From Antedon mediterranea (lineage: Eukaryota; Animalia; Echinodermata), in NCBI RefSeq assembly GCF_964355755.1, contig NC_092678.1:25561365-25625364 (forward strand): DNA of 64,000 bases, read 5' to 3'. This document shows positions 59,601 through 64,000 of this stretch, piece after piece. Numbering within the stretch: the first letter of the stretch is position 1; each line of letters opens with the position of its first letter. The notes beneath the pieces were generated by a model, which saw only the letters and a program-made list of their open reading frames with translations, had not been told where the DNA came from and did no database searches. The position numbers and the translations under genes are program-made.

Positions 59601-62600
59601 CATCGTGCCAAGTATCGCCGAATACGTGCGTTCAATCCCCAATATAAACGATGAAGATGCGATAGCGCGAGAAGTATTTAAGGCGACCAAATCTGGTCTG
59701 GAACAGAAGATAAGCAAATTCAAGGCGTGTGTAAAATATTATTGGAACGGTACGAGGGATGCTTGGAGTCGTTCTAGGAAAAGTAAGTTAAAATTGTTTT
59801 CTCTTTTCATGCGATATGTCCGGGATGCAGCTACAAAACCTACAGTGTGCGTTCCATAAAATTATGGATTCTTTTCTATTTCTTTGGAAGTTAAAAAAAA
59901 AATAAAAATTGAAAGATTTCAAAGAAAATAAATTAATGTTAATTTTGTTCCGACTCGTTCTAGAAAAAGTCAGTCAAAAATGGTTTTCTCGTTTCATGCG
60001 ATATGTCCATTATGAGCTCTTTTCTATTTCTTAATGTGGAAGTAAAGAAATAAATAAATAAAAATGAAAATATTTCAACGATGCTTACACTATGGAAGAA
60101 ATTGTGCATGGCACCCTGCTAACTATAATATCAATGGCAAGGGTTCACAGCTGTTTTCTCTTATTCAGATAACTATGGCAGAAGCAACACGTCTTCAGCG
60201 TCAGGAGGCTATCCAAGTTTTACTGGGCCAAGTCCGAGCTCTCCTGGACCAGGTGATGACTTACAATGTCAGGTATGAGGTTCATGTTGATTGTTCTCTT
60301 GTTATAAGCAATACCCATTATTGATTTTATCTGTACAAGGATTCTTAGATTAAGCTTCTTTTTTCCTATGGATGTCATCATGATAGGGTATTGCGAAAAA
60401 AAATGAAGAATGTATAGGGAGAACACTGTATGTTAATCAAAATAATGTTTACCTAATTACATACAGATGTTTTAAATAAGTCTGGATTGATTTTCATTCG
60501 CCAAATAAATGTAAAATAATTATGTTATTTAGTCCCAATATGAAAGTCAAGAAACATCTGAATTATCACAGAGAATGTCTAGCCTCAACATTGATCAAGA
60601 GAAGACGAATGCGGACAGCCATTCAAGGTAGTGTATTATGTTTGTTGCACCATACAGAAATCTGTATGCATTCATGTTGGGCGTAGTTTAATATTTTGCA
60701 AAGCACTAATGTATTTTATACTAGTGCAGTCAATTCTCCTAATACCAAACTCTCTGAAAACCTGAAACTCCAGACCAGACTTCTTTCAAGATTCAAAAAG
60801 TCCCAAATTCATTTTTACCATTAAAAACACATTCTGAATACCAGACTTTCCAGAAAACCAGACATATTTGATCAGCTCAAAGGTGTCCGGTATTGGGAGA
60901 GTTGATTGTACTGTGTGTGTGTGTTACATTAAACATTGGGAAAGTTGATTGTACTGTGTGTGTGTGTGTGTGTGTTACATTAAACATTGGGAAAGTTGAT
61001 TGTACTGTGTGTGTGTTACATTAAACATTGGGAAAGTTGATTGTACTGTGTGTGTGTTACATTAAACATTGGGAAAGTTGATTGTCCTGTGTGTGTGTGT
61101 TACATTAAACATTGGGAAAGTTGATTGTACTGTGTGTGTGTGTTACATTAAACATTGGGAAAGTTGATTGTACTGTGTGTGTGTTACATTAAACATTAAT
61201 GTTGTTTGATTGACAGTAAAGAAGAGCCGAAAACAAATGGCGATTCTGAATTGGTAGATGATGCTGAAGGATTGGCCAAGTCGGTAGACATCTCCAAGAT
61301 ACCATCGTTAATGTCGCAGCCAGTCGCTCCGTGCTTCTCTATCAGTACGCCACCGCTTCCGCACGTAGCGCCAGAGGTCCTAAGGATTGCACGACATCGA
61401 CATGAAAATGCTATGCTTATGCCACAAGTCTACCAAATATTAAGCCAGGTGAGACAATCTGCTAAACTATCTATCTGTCTTAGTTCTGTCTACACTATCT
61501 AACTAGTTTGAAAAAAAAAGTGTGATGTGCCTAAATATGGTAGTGACATACCCAAATATGGTAGTGACATACCCAAATATGGTAGTGATATGACATCATC
61601 ACGTCCATAGGCACATCACATTTTGTTGTCACGTAAAGTTTGATAGCGTAGACAGAGCTTTACATCAGGGTGTTGTTTTAGCAACCTAATGTTTGTTTGC
61701 GTTTTAGTCTACCAAAGTTATGGATGTACTTCCAGTTACATCCTTCCAGTTACATACTTCCAGTTACATCCTTCCAGTTACATACTTCCAGTTACATACT
61801 TCCAGTTACATACTTCCAGTTACATCCTTCCAGTTACATACTTCCAGTCATTTCCATATCATTTTGCTTGTTATTTACAGCTAGCCCTGCATTGTTAAAT
61901 AGAAATAATATTTTAAATATATTCTAATGTTTTGTTTTTATTGTATTAGGGAGAGATCCGTTTAGGCTACACGTTAGAGGATGAGATGGGACCAGAATTT
62001 ACCCCTTCAGCATTGATGTTCCGTCCAATCAGACAAAAGATATATGGTCTTCTATTCAGCATTCAACAGTATTACAGTGCCAACAACACTGGTATGTATC
62101 ATTCTGTTATTGTTAAGGGATCATGCAAACATTATTCTACTGCAGTAACTGCAGTTACTGCATTTTGAAGTAACTTTTGATTTGTTGTTGAAATCTGTTT
62201 CAATGTTTTTGAGGCAGTCACTACAATAGTGTGTATGATTATTTATAAAAAAATTGTGTTACTACTGTTTGGTCTGTACAGTCTTGGTACAGTCATCCGT
62301 CCCGCTTTTCCCCCCTCCGGCTTCAGTAGGCTATCATACATACGTGGAAGATCATATCCTCCAATGTATTACTGATTTGTTTAATTTTTGTAGAAGAATT
62401 TCCGCGAGTTGTCATTAAGGAATGGTGTGTATATCAAGAGAACACAATGCAGCAACCTGATCCAGTTGAAGCGATGCCACTCGACTGGGTGGCGCCCCCT
62501 ATCAGTCGTATGTGGCTTGGACGAGAGTCGGAGGATAAATCTTTTCGTTTAAGAGCATTTTTATCGTGTATGTCGAGTGATACACCCTCTATGCTAAAGA

Positions 62601-63766
62601 CTGCTTTTGTAGCACGTCATGCAATATTACTCTGCTGTGTGCTTAGGTAAGCGCGTTTGGTTTTTATTTATAAACTCTTTCATTTATTTATTTTTATATG
62701 GAATAATTCTTTTAAAATATGATACAGTTTGCGTCTTTCTAGGAAACTGTGATCATATTCATCAATGACACTTAAGCGAGATATTTCCCTTGAATACAAA
62801 GTATTTTACTAGTCAATAAATATTTAAGAATTTACCTTAACTTTAAGGATAAGTTTTTTTATCTTAGCTAAGTGTGATTGGTGAAAACAGCCAAGTGTTT
62901 TAGGGACAGCTCAATGGTCTTGGGTTGATAGTGTTAACTGTATTATTCTCCGTTATTTCAATCTCGTAAACTACATTTTATTTTTCCCTATTGTAGATAC
63001 ATGATGCATTTCAGCCGAGTGTCTCACCAATACTGAACCAGCCCAAGGCACTTCAGGAGATGAAAGTACGCACAATTTACAAATATCATAGTCTTAAGCT
63101 CTGTCTACACTATCAAACTTTATGTGAAAACAAATGTGATGTGCCCATATATGGACATGATGATGTCATATCACCAGGCCTGCATATCACGTATTTGGGC
63201 ACATCACACTTTTTTTGGTCAAACTAATTTGGTAGTGTAGACTGAGGTTTTATACCAACATTTCGTCACATAAAGTAGTTGTCAAGTGGTTGAGTCTGTC
63301 AACAATTGCCATGTCAACAATTGCCATGTCAACAATTGCCATGTCAAACAGTTAGACATATTATTGTGTATTTAAAGTTCTACAAACACAATTAAAGACC
63401 CCTTTTAAAGTAGAACTTATCTGAATGTTTTGTTAGTACAATACATTACTATCAATCAATCAAAATAACATTTCAAAAATATGGCGTTAAATGCTTGAGT
63501 TAGGGACGTCAAAATGAAACAATATATATTAGAAATAAAAATAACTATGTTGTCTTTAGATTTCACATATCACAACACGAGGAATACAACTGGGAGCAAT
63601 CTTCATGCGAGGCATCGAGGCTGCCATGATGGCGAACGATGCCTGCGGGTCACCCATCCCGTGGGAACTATGCTGTCCATGGTTGTATTTTGATGGCAAA
63701 TTGTTCCAGTACAAACTATCAAGAGCTGTTAATAGCAGTCACTTGCGAGACATGTGTGATGGCAAG
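50684..63766 (+). CDS. FAM120A: FAM120A-like protein (constitutive coactivator of PPAR-gamma-like, PIN-like N-terminal domain); 3'-incomplete, with a frameshift in exon 10 as written
   Basis: Exons 50684-51119, 56124-56408, 56909-56991, 59563-59782, 60169-60272, 60533-60627, 61217-61448, 61950-62091, 62394-62646, 62997-63065 (disrupted), 63560-63766. Motifs: MGITGFLDYVE, VIVDADSCLHRLYGGSFTDWVCGGQWN, KGTPPPKVWFVPP, FAALLGNHIL, FRPIRQKIYGLLF, ANDACGSPIPWELCCPWLYFDGKLFQ. Confidence 0.93.
51521..51847. mobile_element. 327-bp MITE with TIRs of about 55 bp and TAA TSD (PIF/Harbinger-like) in FAM120 intron 1
   Basis: TAA|TGCACTTGTCAATTGTATGACCCACTATA.GACCCCCGGGAGAGGTGCGTCATTT ... inverse|TAA; many TGACGCA motifs. 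Confidence 0.9.
52498..52610. repeat. Inverted repeat / tiny foldback element
   Basis: aactga.t.caaataa.gagaggcaagccatgatt pairs with aatcatggcttgcctctcgttatttgtaatcagtt. Confidence 0.8.
54536..54712. mobile_element. MITE family A copy
   Basis: agctctgtctaca ... tagtgtcgacagagct TIRs plus core sequence. Confidence 0.8.
55332..55402 (+). mobile_element. L2/SINE-type 3' tail remnant
   Basis: tgtaaagcacc...ggcgctatataaat followed by (TTA)n. Confidence 0.45.
55574..55760. repeat. 63-bp tandem repeat, about x3
   Basis: atcttggctgttcactgtactttagaagccactactacaaacagagtgtgtactgtata units. Confidence 0.92.
55858..56016. mobile_element. Complete MITE family A copy with TAA TSD
   Basis: TAA|AGCTCTGTCCACACTATCAAACT ... 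AGTTTGATAGTGTGGACAGAGCT|TAA. Confidence 0.9.
56498..56832. mobile_element. MITE family D copy interrupted by a complete MITE family C (56531-56714)
   Basis: Inner element TAA|AGCGTGGTTCCCACTAG..CGCAACGCAAGGACGTAA ... TTACGTCCTTGCGTTGCG.TCTAGTGGGAACCAAGCT|TTA; the outer halves match 29298-29532. Confidence 0.85.
57457..57540. repeat. 21-bp tandem repeat x4
   Basis: ttgtttacatgtgcctattac units. Confidence 0.9.
57600..57872. mobile_element. TA-flanked pogo/Tigger-like MITE
   Basis: TACCGTATATCCTCGGGTATAATCC ... GGACTATACCAGAAAATATTCAGTA imperfect TIRs. Confidence 0.55.
58030..59438. mobile_element. 1409-bp TA-flanked non-autonomous Tc1/mariner-like element nested in a MITE family A copy (57924-59462)
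   Basis: TA|CAGTACAGAAAGAAA.TACTGC ... GCAGTAATTTCTTTCTGTACTG|TA; CTACGA/TCGTAG subterminal motifs and a 20-bp aacaatacatcgtagg array; the host MITE resumes immediately afterwards. Confidence 0.88.
60727..60908. mobile_element. MITE family B copy
   Basis: Co-linear homology with 3338-3525. Confidence 0.75.
60893..61197. repeat. Minisatellite of about 42-50 bp x7 with variable (TG)n
   Basis: ttgggaaagttgattgtac(tg)nttacattaaaca units; the first part equals the MITE B right TIR. Confidence 0.92.
61482..61659. mobile_element. MITE family A copy
   Basis: agttctgtctacactatc ... tttgatagcgtagacagagct with three units. Confidence 0.85.
61728..61848. repeat. 14-bp minisatellite, about x8-9
   Basis: cttccagttacat(c/a) units. 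Confidence 0.92.
63097..63248. mobile_element. MITE family A copy (reverse orientation)
   Basis: tta|agctctgtctacactatcaaactttatgtg ... tttggtagtgtagactgagg. Confidence 0.8.
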
Positions 63767-64000
63767 GTAAAGTAGTACAACACTTCTTTTACCTGTCTTT
63801 TGTGGTAGCGCCTGTATCTACCCAATATATTTTAATTTATTTTGATAAAGTATTTATATGTATTTTTAATATTTATTCAAATTTTATTCTAAATGTTTTT
63901 ATACAATCAGTGCAATAGGAGACCTACTAGAAAGTGATTTAAGTTCGCTTCTTTCCCCCTGTTTCTGCCTGGTTTTGTGTGATTTAAGTTCGCTTCTTGT

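Noticed and set aside
60064-60324. 86-aa ORF (MAEATRLQRQEAIQ...) as a separate gene
   Set aside because: It overlaps FAM120 exon 5, whose splice-compatible frame is a different one (NNYGRSNTSSASGGYPSFTGPSPSSPGPGDDLQCQ)

Overview
AT-rich eukaryotic (invertebrate-animal-like) genomic DNA with spliceosomal GT-AG introns; the species cannot be assigned from the sequence. Manual exon chaining gives five protein-coding loci. (1) An unidentified minus-strand gene running off the left edge, with two internal phase-1 exons and a series of candidate alternative first exons between 0.6 and 29.7 kb. (2) A quinone oxidoreductase-like 2 (CRYZL2-type, MDR family) gene on +, whose start exon was not resolved. 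(3) A complete TIMM17 on -. (4) A complete RAD18 on +, head-to-head with TIMM17. (5) The 5' part of a FAM120A-like gene on +, whose 10th exon carries an apparent deletion and frameshift. Introns and intergenic DNA are dense in non-autonomous DNA transposons (TWA-, TA-, 4-bp and 5-bp target-site classes, two nested insertions, one Helentron-type element), a 5'-truncated CR1/L2-type LINE, SINE/LINE tails and minisatellites, several of which are built from transposon termini. No tRNA, rRNA or CRISPR features were seen. All identifications are by eye and no database search was run.
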